Shown here: positions 1 through 13,088 of the stretch, piece by piece
How the letters are laid out: every line of letters starts with the position of its first letter
Numbering within the stretch: the first letter of the stretch is position 1
Source: Eledone cirrhosa
Taxonomy: Eukaryota
Length of the DNA: 64,000 bases
Reading direction: 5' to 3'
NCBI GenBank assembly: GCA_964016885.1
Contig: OZ024764.1
Span: 16,864,001-16,928,000, forward strand
The notes under the pieces: generated by a model
The model's database searches: none
The model's input: only the letters and a program-made list of their open reading frames with translations
Told to the model about the DNA's origin: nothing
Program-made: the position numbers and the translations under genes

Positions 1-57
1 AGAAAGGGGTGGCGTTGGTGGGGGTGGGAGGGTATGTATATATACACATACATACAT

Positions 58-250
58 ATAGGAACCAGTAAGACCCCGACAGCTGAGCTCAAGCCGTTTC
101 GACGGCTAATTCTGGACTGAATTAGCCGTCGAAACGGCTTGAGCTCAGCTGTCGGGGTCCTACTGGTTCCTATTACCCACTCTACTACCTCAAGTATTGA
201 GTACTTTGGTGCATTATGGTCCACCTGGTTCCTTACCACATTTCCTTCGG
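58..250 (+). mobile_element. Fold-back (55-bp arm) non-coding element carrying the 3' half of a type I hammerhead motif; probable Penelope-like pLTR remnant
   Basis: 58-112 is the reverse complement of 119-173 (1 mismatch). The right arm reads GTC-GAAA-CGGC[TTGAGCTCA]GCTG-TC-GGGGTC. Related copies lie at about 53705-53850 and 54720-54780. Confidence 0.55.
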
Positions 251-694
251 CATACATACATACATATATATACACATATATATATTATTACTATATATAT
301 ATATATATATACACACACACATTTACATACACACATGTATGTGTAAATGTGTATGTCTTCCCCCTGGGGCGTCCTTCACCCTCACCCCCAGCTCCACCGC
401 ACCCACATTACTTTGCCTCATCAGCTAAGACCCTTCCTTAACTTCGTGTCTCCCTCCCCTCCCCCATAACATTCTCTTCCCCCTCCTTTGCTTCTTTTCT
501 TTCTTTCTCTCTTTCTTCTTTGCCCCCCCCCCCCCCTCCTCCCATCTTTCCCCCCCTACAGCAATAACCCCCCCACAAAGCCCTTACAGGATGAGAGGTA
601 CATCCTCATATCATTGAAACATGTGTATATACTGTAAATATTTATAATTATATACGCTGTTTGTGTATGCCTGTGTATGTATATATGTATATAT

Positions 695-1036
695 ATCATC
701 ATCATCATCATCATTTTACGTCCGCTTTTCCCTGCTTGCAAGGGTGGGATGGGAACTGGTTCTGGCTTGATCTCTACAGCTGGATGCCCTTCCTAACACC
801 AACCTCATTTACAGTGAGTGCTGGGTGCTTTTTTGCCGTGGCACCTCCACGACCACTTTGCAGTGGAATGATAGGGACCCCAGTCCCTATCATCTCATTT
901 CTACAGCTGAGTAAACTGGAGCAATGTGAAATAAAGTGTCTTGCTCAAGGAAACAACACATCACCCGGTCTGAGAATTGAACTCACAACCTTTCGATTGC
1001 AAGGCCAATGCTCTAACCACTAAGCCATGCGCCTCC
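695..1036 (-). mobile_element. tRNA-derived SINE (family A, CORE-like centre, RTE-derived 3' tail)
   Basis: The minus strand has an A-box-like TGGCTTAGTGG, a B-box-like GTTCAATTCT and a CORE-like CCTTGAGCAAGACACTT. Its tail CCCACCCTTGCAAGCAGGGAAAAGCGGACGTAAAA(TGA)n is identical to the RTE LINE 3' end at 30857-30912. Confidence 0.85.
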
Positions 1037-1081
1037 TATATGTATATATATCATCATCATCATCGTTTAACGTCCATCTTC

Positions 1082-1286
1082 CAGCTGTAGAAATGGGATG
1101 ATAGGGACTGGGGTCCCTATCATTCCACTGTAAAGTGGACGTGGAGGTGCCACTGAAAAAAGAGCACCCAGCACTCACTGTAAATGAGGTTGGTGTTAGG
1201 AAGAGCATCCAGCTGTAGAAATCAAGCCAGAATCAGTTCCCGTCCCACCCTTGCAAGCAGGGAAGGGCGGAAGTAAAATGATGATG
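1082..1286 (+). mobile_element. 5'-truncated SINE family A copy, inverted relative to 695-1036
   Basis: Reverse complement of about 700-910; ends in the RTE-type tail and (ATG)n. Confidence 0.8.
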
Positions 1287-1289
1287 TGT

Positions 1290-2705
1290 ATATAAGTATG
1301 TATATATACACACACATATATATATGTTTGTGTATATAAGTATGTATATAAGTACACACACATATGTGTGTGTGTGTGTGTATTATATACATACGTGTGT
1401 ATACAAATATATATATGTATGTATGTATGTATACATATATATGTATGTATGTATGTATGTATACATATATATGTATGTATATATACATATATATGTATGT
1501 ATGTATGCACACTTGAACAGTTTTTCTTATTTTTTCCTTTTATCTGTTTTTGTAAGTCTTTCTCAGACTGTCCTATTAAAATGACACACACATACACACA
1601 AGCCCTCACTCACACATACACACAAGCCCTCACTCACACATACACACACAAGCCCTCACACACACACACAAGCTCTCACTCACACATACACACACGAGCA
1701 CTCACACATACACACAAGCTCTCACACACACACACAAGCCTTCACACTCAGACACACACACACACAAGCCCTCACTCACACATACACACAAGCCCTCACT
1801 CACACATACACACAAGCCCTCACACACAAGCCCTCACACTCACACATACACACACAAGCCCTCACACTCACACATACACACACAAGCCCTCACACTCACA
1901 CATACACACACAAGCTCTCACACTCACACAAGCCTTCACACTCAGACACACACACACACAACCTCACACAAGCCCTCACTCACACACACACACAAACCCT
2001 CACACTCACACACACACACAAGCTCTCACACTCACACAAGCCCTCACACTCACACATACACACACAAGCCCCCCTTCCACACACACTCACAAGCCCTCAC
2101 TCACACACAAGCCCCCCCCCCCCACACACACACTCACAAACCCTCACTCACACTCACACTCACACATACACACACAAGCCCTCACACACACACACAACCT
2201 CACACAAGCCCTCACTCACACACACCCTCACACATACACACACAAGCCCCCCCACACACTCACAAGCTCTCACAGACACACACACAAGCCCTCACACTCA
2301 CACATACACGCACAAGCCCTCACACACACACACAACCTCACACAAGCCCTCACTCACACACACAAGCCCTCCCCCCCACACACACACACTCACACAAGCT
2401 CTCACAGACACACACTCACAACTAGATCACAGCAGGACACAGTAGGACATGACAGGCAAAATTTTTGCTGGGAAGAAGGAAAGTTTTCTTAGTAGCTAAC
2501 TTCTGGACCCCACCCCCACGGCAGTCTACTCCCCCACACCACCCCACGGCAGTCTACTCCCCCACACCACCCCACAAACTCTTCCTACAACAACAACAAC
2601 ATCAATTACAAAACAAGTGTAAAAGAGAAAAGAAAAAAAACTTATTTTACTAGTTTGTCTATCTATCTGTTAATAAAGATCTCTCTCTCTCTATCTCTAT
2701 CTCTC

Positions 2706-2743
<38 letters not shown>

Positions 2744-2744
2744 C

Positions 2745-2778
<34 letters not shown>

Positions 2779-2803
2779 CTTTCTCTCTCTCTCTTAATCT
2801 CTA

Positions 2804-2854
<51 letters not shown>

Positions 2855-2926
2855 CTTTCTCTCTCTCTCTATCTCTATCTATCTCTCTCTCTCTATCTAT
2901 TTCTATCTCTCTCTCTCTCTATCTCC

Positions 2927-2960
<34 letters not shown>

Positions 2961-2971
2961 CTTTCTCTCTC

Positions 2972-3018
<47 letters not shown>

Positions 3019-3115
3019 ATCTCTATCTCTCTCTCTCTATCTGCTCTCTATCTCTCTCTATTTCTATCTGTCTCTCTCTCTCTCTCTATCTGCTCTCTAT
3101 CTCTCTCTATTTCTA

Positions 3116-3146
<31 letters not shown>

Positions 3147-3973
3147 ATGTCTCTCTATCTACCTACCTACCTGTCTATTTATCTTTCCATTTCACTATCT
3201 ACCTTTCACTTTACTTATCACGCCCTCCCCCTCCCCCCTTCTCTCCCCTCCCTCACTTTCTCTTTCTCCCCCCCCCCCCCTCCCCTCCCTCGCTTTCTCT
3301 TTCTCCCCTCTTTTTCTTCGCCTCTTCCCCTCCCCCTCTCTTTCTTCACCTCTCCCCTTCCTCCACCCCCCTCTTCCTATTCCATTCAGTTCACATCTTA
3401 ACACCCACTCCTCTCCCTACCACATCCTGCACCTCTAGGGTGGAAATATTTCTGCAAAAATCTTGTCACCCACATCCTTTTGTATATAAATACACACACA
3501 CACACATATACATATATATACACACACACTCACACATATACATATATACACATACACATATACATATATACACACACACATATACATACACACACACATA
3601 TACATATATACACACACACTCACACATATACATATACACACACACACATATACATACATACACACACATATATATATATACACACACACACATATACATA
3701 TATACACACACACATATACATATATATACACACACACTCACATATACATATATACACATACACATATACATATATACACACACACATATATACACACACA
3801 CACTCACACATATACATATACACATGCACTCACACATATATATACACACACATATATACACACACACACTCACACATATACACATGCACTCACACATATA
3901 GATATATATATATATACATATATACGCAGACACCCACATATATACACATACACTCACATATACACACTCACAC

Positions 3974-4050
<77 letters not shown>

Positions 4051-5285
4051 TACACACATACACTCACATATACACACTCACACACACATATATATATATA
4101 TACACACACACATTTATATATATATATATATACACACATACACTCACATATACACACTCACACACACACATATATATATATACACACACACATTTATATA
4201 TATATATATATACACACATACACTCACACACACATATATATATATACACACACACACATTTATATATATATATATACACATATATACACACATACACTCA
4301 CATATACACACTCACACACACACATATATATATATACACACACACACATTTATATATATATATATACACATATATACACACATACACGAATCAATTGACA
4401 AACTATAAGGTGCTTCAAATCATTTTATTAATATCTACACGCCTCTCAACATCAATATATATACACACATAATATATACACACATAATATATACACATAA
4501 TATATACACAAGATATATATATATACACATATAATATATACACAAGATATATATATACACATATAATATATACACAAGATATATATATACACATATAATA
4601 TATACACAAGATATATATATATATACATATAATATATACACAAGATATATATATACACATATAATATATACACAAGATATATATATATATATATACACAT
4701 AATATATACACAAGATATATATATATATATATACATATAATATATACACAAGATATATATATATATACACATAATATATATACAGAAACACACACATATA
4801 TATACACACACATATATATATATATACACACACCCACACACATATATATACATACACACACCCACACATATATATACACACACACACATATATATACACA
4901 CACATATATATATATACACACACACCCACACACATATACACACACACACATATATATATATACACACACCCACATATATATATACACACACCCACATATA
5001 TATATACACACACACACACACACATATATACACACACCCACACACATATATACACACACCCACACACATATATATATATACACACACCCACATATATATA
5101 TACACACACCCACATATATATATACACACACACACATATATATATACACACACACACATATATATATATACACACACCCACACACATATATACACACACC
5201 CACACACATATATATATATACACACACACCCACATATATATATATATATATATATATATACACCCACACCCACACCCATATATAT
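1290..5285. repeat. Compound microsatellite field: (TA/TG)n, (CA)n with ACAAGCCCTC motif, (CT)n, and a ~30-bp ATATAATATATACACAAG minisatellite at 4470-4780
   Basis: Low-complexity sequence read directly; the overlapping ORFs are dipeptide repeats. Confidence 0.95.
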
Positions 5286-5399
5286 AGTTTCTTGTTTATC
5301 TCTTACATTACATGATGGATATTGTAAAAGAGGGTTTTGTGAAAATTAAGAGCCAAAGATCTGGGGTAGGTAGCCCTTTTTTTCTTTCCCTGTTGATAG

Positions 5400-5541
5400 T
5401 ATCGTGTTCCCTAAGATTAACTTTGCCTTACATCCTTACAGGGTCGAGAAAATAAAGTACCAGTCATGTACTGGTGTCAAGTTAATTGACTTTTGCCCCT
5501 CTCAACAAAAATTGTTGGTCTTGTACCTAGAGTAGAAATTA
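5400..5541 (+). mobile_element. Partial SINE family B
   Basis: TTAACTTTGCCTT-CATCCTTACAGGGTCGA-AAAATAAAGTACCAGT...TTGTACCTAGAGTAGAAA matches family B copies such as 8168-8348. Confidence 0.7.
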
Positions 5542-6085
5542 TTGTTACTGTGTTATAGTGTTGGGCCCCAGTCAGTGGCGACGAGGAGTGCTCTATTACT
5601 ATGTTATAGTGTTGGGCCCCAGTCAGTGGCGATGAGGAGTGCTCTATTACTATGTTATAGTGTTGGGCCCCAGTCAGTGGCGATGAGGAGTGCTCTATTA
5701 CTATGTTATAGTATGTGTTGGGCCCCAGTCAGTGGCGATGAGGAGTGCTCTATTACTATGTTATAGTGTTGGGCCCCAGTCAGTGGCGACGAGGAGTGCT
5801 CTATTGCTATGTTATAGTGTTGGGCCCCAGTCAGTGGCGACGAGGAGTGCTCTATTACTATGTTATAGTGTGTGTTGGGCCCCAGTCAGTGGCGATGAGG
5901 AGTGCTCTATTACTATGTTATAGTGTTGGGCCCCAGTCAGTGGCGATGAGGAGTGCTCTATTACTATGTTATAGTGTTGGGCCCCAGTCAGTGGCGATGA
6001 GGAGTGCTGTATTACTATGTTATAGTGTGTGTTGGGCCCCAGTCAGTTGCGATGAGGAGTGCTCTATTACTATGTTATAGTGTGT
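5540..6085. repeat. 51-bp minisatellite (~10 copies)
   Basis: Unit ATTACTATGTTATAGTGTTGGGCCCCAGTCAGTGGCGATGAGGAGTGCTCT. Confidence 0.95.
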
Positions 6086-6277
6086 GTGTGTGTGTTTATA
6101 TATATATGTGTGTGTTTATATATATATGTGTGTTTATATATATATTTATGTGTGTGTGCGTGTGTATATATATATTTATGTGTGTGTGTGCGTGTGTATA
6201 TATAGATAGGTGTGTGTATATATATAGATATGTATGTGTGTGTGTGTGTGTATATATATATGTGGAGGGGCGTGTAT

Positions 6278-6690
6278 ATAATACAGTAAACATATAATAC
6301 AATAAACATGTAATACAGTAAACATGTAATACTGTAAACATGTAATACAGTAAACATGTAATACAGTAAACATGTAATACTGTAAACATGTAATACAGTA
6401 AACATATAATACAATAAACATGTAATACAGTAAACATATACAATAAACATGTAATACAGTAAACATATAATACAATAAACATGTAATACAATAAACATGT
6501 AATACAGTAAACATATAATACAGTAAACATGTAATACAATAAACATGTAATACAGTAAACATATAATACAGTAAACATGTAATACAGTAAACATATAATA
6601 CAGTAAACATGTAATACAATAAAACATGTAATGCAGTAAACATATAATACAGTAAACATGTAATACAGTAAACATGTAATACAGTAAACA
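6278..6690. repeat. 16-bp minisatellite
   Basis: Unit TAATACAGTAAACATG. Confidence 0.95.
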
Positions 6691-6694
6691 CAGG

Positions 6695-6972
6695 GGTTAT
6701 GTTACATATAGACACAACTCAGGAATTTAAGGCATTTGTGGCATTTCTACTATTCAGCTGTGATTTCAGTATGTTCCTTACACTCCTTATGTATTCAGAT
6801 CTTAGCACTTTCTCCATTTTATTATACTCGATATTATCTGCCTTCCTATATTTCTCTTTGGTGTCAATCTCTTTTATCATCTCACTTGTTGTTACCTCGA
6901 TTCCTTTGCTTCTCTTCAGTTTACCCTTCTTCATAACTAGGGCCCCACACTTATTAACACCAAATTCCATAC
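6695..6972 (-). mobile_element. Degenerate R4/Dong-type non-LTR retrotransposon RT fragment
   Basis: The translation MEFGVNKCGALVMKKGK...EYIRSVRNILKSQLNSRNATNALNS resembles the RT domain 6-8 region typical of R4/Dong elements. Confidence 0.65.
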
Positions 6973-6974
6973 AT

Positions 6975-7395
6975 ATATGTGTTGAGAGAAAAAACTGTGT
7001 TTAAAAGGGTTAAGTTGTAGTGTGCTGGAGAGAAGACTGAGATGGTATGGACATGTGATGTACATGGAGGATGACCGCTGGGTAAAGAAGTGCCAAGAAA
7101 TGCCAGTGGGAGGAAGACACAGTAGAGGCAGACCACGAAAAACATGGGCGGAGGTGGTGAGAGTGAAACTGTATAAGAGGGATAAGTTGTAGTGTGATGG
7201 TATGGACATGTGATGTGCATGGAGGATGACCACTGGGTAAAGAAATGCCAGTAGATGGAAGACCACGAAAAACACAGGCGGAGGCAATGAGACCAGACCT
7301 CAGATCACTGAAACTCACGGAGGAGATGACAAGTGGAGAGATGCTGTGCTGAATAAGGACCCGTCCCACCCTTGCAAGCAGAGAAAAGCAAACAT
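6975..7395 (+). mobile_element. RTE-clade LINE 3' fragment with internal duplication
   Basis: Encodes RRLRWYGHV...RGRPRKTW and ends in the CCCACCCTTGCAAGCAG tail. Confidence 0.85.
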
Positions 7396-7639
7396 AAAAT
7401 GATTTACCACAAAAATACAATAGTAAATATAGAGTAATGTAAATGCTAAAGGGTTAAACCTTGTTTACATTACATTGTCAATGATAGCCTCATAGCAAGC
7501 TATTGACTTAAGAAATATATCTTAGTAGCTATCATGTTTTACTTGTTCATTTATCAGCATTTTTACAGTGCTTATATATGGGAGAATTTTTACCTTATGT
7601 ATAATCCCCCAGCAAGCCAACATCATTTAATACTGCACA

Positions 7640-7795
7640 CTGTATCAGGCTCCAGCATTCAATAATCGGAAGAAGGAGGTAGGTGTAAAAGCCAAACTTG
7701 CTATCTTCAGTTCAGTTTTTGTGCCAACCCTTAACTATGGTTATGGATCTTGGGTAATGACGAAAGGAATATGGTCATGAATACAAGCGGCCATG
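7640..7795 (+). mobile_element. RTE-clade LINE fragment (second family)
   Basis: Translates KAKLAIFSSVFVPTLNYGYGSWVMTK...IQAA, the RTE post-RT motif. Confidence 0.65.
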
Positions 7796-7921
7796 TTCAT
7801 TCTGTCATTACAACAGCAGAGGTCCGACAAAGATTTTGATTCCAGAATCTATACAGATCGATACAGATCGAACCTTGAGCTGATCATTAATAAAACATGC
7901 GTCACCAATCAATAAACATAA

Positions 7922-8106
7922 ATGTTTCTACTTTAGGCACAAGGCCAGCAATTACCCAGTGTATTACTGGTACTTTATTTTATCGATCCCGTAAGGATGA
8001 AAGGCAAAGTTAACCTCGGCGAGATTTGAACTCAGACCACAAAGGGCCGTAACTCTATGCTGCAAAGCATGGCGTCCGACCCTCTACCAATCCTGCCAAT
8101 CCACCA
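7922..8106 (-). mobile_element. tRNA-derived SINE family B with ~18-bp TSD
   Basis: Head GGTGGATTGGCAG..GGTAGAG, B-box GAGTTCAAATC, centre TTTGCCTTTCATCCTTACGGG-TCGATAAAATAAAGTACC; flanked by the direct repeat CACCAATCAATAAACATAA. Confidence 0.85.
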
Positions 8107-8167
8107 CCAATCAATAAACATAATGAAGGCTTAACAAATCATCCTTGTATTATTATATTACACTCTG

Positions 8168-8348
8168 GGGCGGTGGATTGGCAGTATCAGTAGAGGGTCG
8201 GATGCAAAGAGTTACCTCCCTTTACGATCTGAGTTCAAATCCCGCCGAGGTTAACTTTGCCTTTCATCCTTACGGGGTCAATAAAATAAAGTACCAGTAA
8301 TACACTGGGATAATTGCTGGCCTTGTGCCTAAAGTAGAAACAATTATT
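8168..8348 (+). mobile_element. SINE family B, head-to-head with the previous copy
   Basis: Same consensus; flanked by near-identical ATTATAT(T/C)ACACTCTG repeats (TSD). Confidence 0.85.
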
Positions 8349-8450
8349 ATATCACACTCTGTCTAGCTCTACACCTCACCACTGACGTGACCCTAAACAT
8401 TGAGTGCTCACCTGGGTGAACCTACAGTAACTTCACGTTACACTCCCTGG

Positions 8451-8486
<36 letters not shown>

Positions 8487-8488
<2 letters not shown>

Positions 8489-8760
8489 CATCATCATTTA
8501 ACGTCTATCTTCCACCCTAGCATGGGTTAGACGGGAGTTGTCCCACTTGAGGCAAGATTAGTCGGGTGACCGTGTCTCGCTCGTATAGGACTGTCTGGCA
8601 GGTTTTCTACGGCTGGATGCCCTTCCTAACACCAACCACATTTACAGTGTGGACTGGGAGATTTTTACCGTGTTACCTACACGGCCACATTACACTGTGG
8701 ACTGTGTGTTATTTTGTTGTGACACCTACACGACCTCATTAGTTTGGACTGGATGTTGTG
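8487..8760 (-). mobile_element. SINE family A variant with alternative RTE-type tail
   Basis: Shares GCTGGATGCCCTTCCTAACACCAACC with family A; tail CCCGTCTAACCCATGCTAG as at 18215 and 33430. Confidence 0.65.
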
Positions 8761-9104
8761 GTACCAACATAACTTTACAAAGAAAGGGTTGTGTTGGAGG
8801 GAGGATAGAGTAGGGGTAGTGGTTTGGGTTGTATGTTTGGTTATATATATATATATATATATATATGTATCATTTGTCTATTATTTCTTCATAAGTACAT
8901 TTTAAACTTATGGCCTCGTTTAAATGATTTTTTATGTGGTTAATTTATACGGAATAGGAGAGGAAATATTGTATATATCTTATCTAATAGTTCTTCAGAC
9001 TTGCAATTTTATATATATTTATATATACTTAATACATTAACAGAGAAAGCTTTTAGCGATACTCCGACCAACTCCCATCTCACTCAACAAACATTAGGAT
9101 ATAC

Positions 9105-9866
9105 CTGAGATATATGCGACGGCTGGAGAGAAATGAGGCAAGCATGCTCCGTTGGATGTGCAGTGTAAATGTGCATGAACGATCCAGCATAAATGTGTTG
9201 AGAGAGAAACTGTGTCTGAGAGGGATAGAATGTAGTGTACGGGAGAGGAGACTGAGGTGGTATGGACATGTGATGTGGTGAGAGAGAAACTGTGTCTGAG
9301 AGGGATAGAATGTAGTGTACGGGAGAGGAGACTGAGGTGGTATGGACATGTGATGTGGTGAGAGAGAAACTGTGTCTGACAGGGATAGAATGTAGTGTAC
9401 GGGAGAGGAGACTGAGGTGGTATGGACATGTGATGTGGTGAGAGAGAAACTGTGTCTGAGAAGGATAGAATGTAGTGTACGGGAGAGGAGAATGAGGTGG
9501 TATGGACATGTGACGTGTTGAGAGATAGAATGTAGTGTACGGGAGAGGAGACTGAGGTGGTATGGACATGTGACGTGTTGAGAGATAGAATGTAGTGTAC
9601 GGGAGAGGAGACTGAGGTGGTATGGACATGTGATGTGCATGGAGGATGACCAATGGGTGAAGAAGTGCCAGGAATTGCCAGTTGAAGGAAGACGTGGTAG
9701 AGGTAGACCACGAAAAACATGGGCGGAGGTGGTGAGAACAGACCTCAGATCATTGAAGCTCACGGTGGAGATGACGAGTGGAGAGATGCTGTGCTGAATA
9801 GGACCCGTCCCACCCTTGCAAGCAGGGAAAAGCGGACGTAAAATGATGATGATGATAATGATGATG
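9105..9866 (+). mobile_element. RTE LINE 3' fragment with 80-bp and 60-bp internal tandem expansion
   Basis: Nearly identical to 30425-30912; the unit is repeated at 9201, 9281, 9361 and 9441, followed by two shortened units. Confidence 0.9.
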
Positions 9867-9971
9867 ATATATATATATAAATCAAGAAAGAAGAGTGACA
9901 TGGTTTGCTATACAATAAGGGAGTTAATCATATTGCTTAGGGACTACCTATAACAATAATTTGTTATCCCA

Positions 9972-10003
<32 letters not shown>

Positions 10004-10354
10004 AGCACACATATATATATATAGACAGATATACAGATAGACAAATATACACACACATATATATATATATACATAGATAGATATATATATAAGCACACAC
10101 ATACACACACATATATATATATAGACAGATAGACAAATATATATACATACACACAAATATACACATAGATATATATATAAGCACACACATACACACACAC
10201 ATATATATATATACATACACGCAAATATACACACATATATATACATACACACATATATATATATATAGATATATATATAAGCACACACATACACACACAC
10301 ATATATATAAAGACAGATAGACAAATATATATACATACACGCAAATATATACAG

Positions 10355-10390
<36 letters not shown>

Positions 10391-10464
10391 CCACACACAC
10401 ATACATAAATATCTATAGAGACACATACATGTATATATATATACATACACGCAAATATATACAG

Positions 10465-10498
<34 letters not shown>

Positions 10499-11014
10499 CC
10501 ACACACACATACATAAATATCTATAGAGACACATACATGTATATATATGGACCCCACCTACACACACTGATTGTGTTTGGAGGTGAGACAGTGATGAACT
10601 TACAGGTGTGCAGGGTGGTGGTGGTGGGGGGGGGGCAGGCAGGTGTGGAACCTGATAATCATTATACTGAGGTGAACAGGTGGAAAATGTGGAGGGGGGG
10701 GGAGAGGTGGAGGATAAGGAAATTAAATGTGCCACTACCACCACCATCATTGCCACTGTCACCACCACCACCATCACCAATACCACCACCACCACCAATA
10801 CCACCACCACCACCACCAATACCACCACCAATGTACCTTTGAAGTCTTGTTCTTGTTTTAATTAGATCTCCCACCCACCTGTAAGTCTGCAGGACCAATA
10901 AAATGTTATACAGTTCACCTGTAAGAGGCTGAGAGGGTTGAGGTCACACTGCACTTGCTCAAACTACCACATAGTGTGTCTCCATGCCCCTATATATATA
11001 TATATATATATATA

Positions 11015-11720
11015 TAATTCGTAAAGACCTGAAAATCCGCCTCTTCATTGTTGTAGTGGAGTCTGTGCTGCTGTCCGGGTCTGAGATTTGGACACTGACC
11101 AAGAAACTCACTCAGATGGTGGATGGGTGCTACACGAGAATGCTGAGGATGGCTCTAAACATTAATCAGTATACACTGAGGATGAAGAGCTCAGAGCTGT
11201 ACGGGAGCCTCCCAAAAGTCAGCTCAAAAGTGACACAGATGAGACTGAGGTTAGCTGGACATGCTCACCGACATCCAGAGTTGACACTGCACTCAGTGCT
11301 CCTGTGGGAGCCCCTGCATGGACACACTGGAAGAGGGAGACCAAGGTTAACATATGTTGATGTCCTAAGGACAGACATCCAGAGTTGACACTGCACTCTG
11401 TGCTCCTGTGGGAGCCCCTACATGGACACACTGGAAGAGGGAGACCAAGGTTAACATATGTTGATGTCCTAAGGACAGACATCCAGAGTTGACACTGCAC
11501 TCTGTGCTCCTGTGGGAGCCCCTACATGGACACACTGGAAGAGGGAGACCAAGGTTAACATATGTTGATGTCCTAAGGACAGACATCCAGAGTTGACACT
11601 GCACTCTGTGCTCCTGTGGGAGCCCCTACATGGACACACTGGTCTGTTGGAGACGCAGGACATGGCAGCGATAATGAGGGACAGAGACCACTGGAGAGAA
11701 CTCGTCCATGGATCTCGGGG
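11015..11720 (+). mobile_element. RTE-clade LINE 3' fragment (third family) with 104-bp tandem expansion
   Basis: ORF 10984-11388: VESVLLSGSEIWTLTK...RMLR...RLRLAGH..RH...GRGRPRLTYVD; unit starts at 11271, 11375, 11479 and 11583. Confidence 0.85.
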
Positions 11721-13088
11721 AATTTTACCTGCCCTAGAATATATAGATAGTACCAATCTAGTTGTGGGGTCAATTCTTTCTTTGGAAGGAATCTGATCTG
11801 GACAGGGAGGGGCTCCACCAGGCTTAAAATGCTCAATAAATGCTGTATGTCAATACAGTGTACAATATATACACATATATGTGTGTGTGTATGACTGTGA
11901 ATGTGTATGTATCTGTATGTGTGTTTGCACATCTGTGTTGTAGTGTGTATGAGTGTTTGTGTGTATGTATGTATATAGATGTGTGTGAGGGCAGGTGTGT
12001 ATATGAATGTATGTATATGTATGTATATGAATGTGAGTGTGTGTATATATATGACTATGTATAATATGTATGTATATGAATGTGTGTATATATATATGTA
12101 TGTATATGAATGTATATATATGTATGTATATAAATGTGTGTGTGTGTATATATGACTGTATATATATGTATGTATATGAATGTGTGTGTGTATATATACA
12201 TATATATATGACTATATATATATGTATGTATATGAATGTGTGTGTATATATATATATATATATGACTATGTATATATATGTATGTATATGAATTTCTGTA
12301 TGTATATGAATGTGTGTGTGTATATATATATATGACTATGTATATATATGTATGTATATGTATGTATGTGTATGTATGACTATGTATATATATGAATGTG
12401 TGTATGTATATATATGTATATGAATGTATGTATATATATGTATGTATATGAATGTGTGTATATGAATGACTATATATATGAATGTGTGTATGTATATATA
12501 TGTATATGAATGTGTGTGTGTGTGTATATATATGACTATGTATATATATGTATATGTGTGTATATATATATGTGTGTGTATATGTATATATATGAACGTG
12601 TGTGTGTATATGTGTGTGTATATGTATATATATGAACGTGTGTGTGTATATGTGTGTGTATATGTATATATATGAACGTGTGTGTGTATATGTGTGTGTA
12701 TATGTATATATAAGAAAGGATTTTTTTTTTCGTTTGAACTCCACATGACTCTGGCACCCCTTCCCCCACAACACCTTTGAACCCCCTCCCCACCACCTGC
12801 GACCCTACCCTACACCTTTAAATATAAGAGGGCAGTAGGGTGCAAGGTATACTTACCTGCACTCCACCACCACCACCACCACCATATCAACACCACCACC
12901 ACCACCACCACCACCATCATCAACATCACAACACCACCACCAATACCACAACACCATCACAACATGACTATCAACAACACCACACCACCACTGCCACCAC
13001 CATCACTACTAACAACAACAACACCACCACCACTGCCACCACCATCACTACTAACAACAACAACACCACCAACACTTTCACCATCACC

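Noticed and set aside
960-1036. tRNA gene
   Set aside because: The A/B boxes belong to a SINE head that continues into a SINE body and LINE tail; the same applies to the family B heads.
1196-6715. Many long ORFs rich in Y/I/H/T/C/V
   Set aside because: They are translations of (TA)n, (CA)n and (CT)n microsatellites and short minisatellites, with no domain content.
7840-7920. CCTTGAGCTGATC...(G)AAACATGCGTC repeat (also ~31090 and ~40215) as a hammerhead
   Set aside because: It is a real dispersed repeat, but there is no valid core or stem I pairing.
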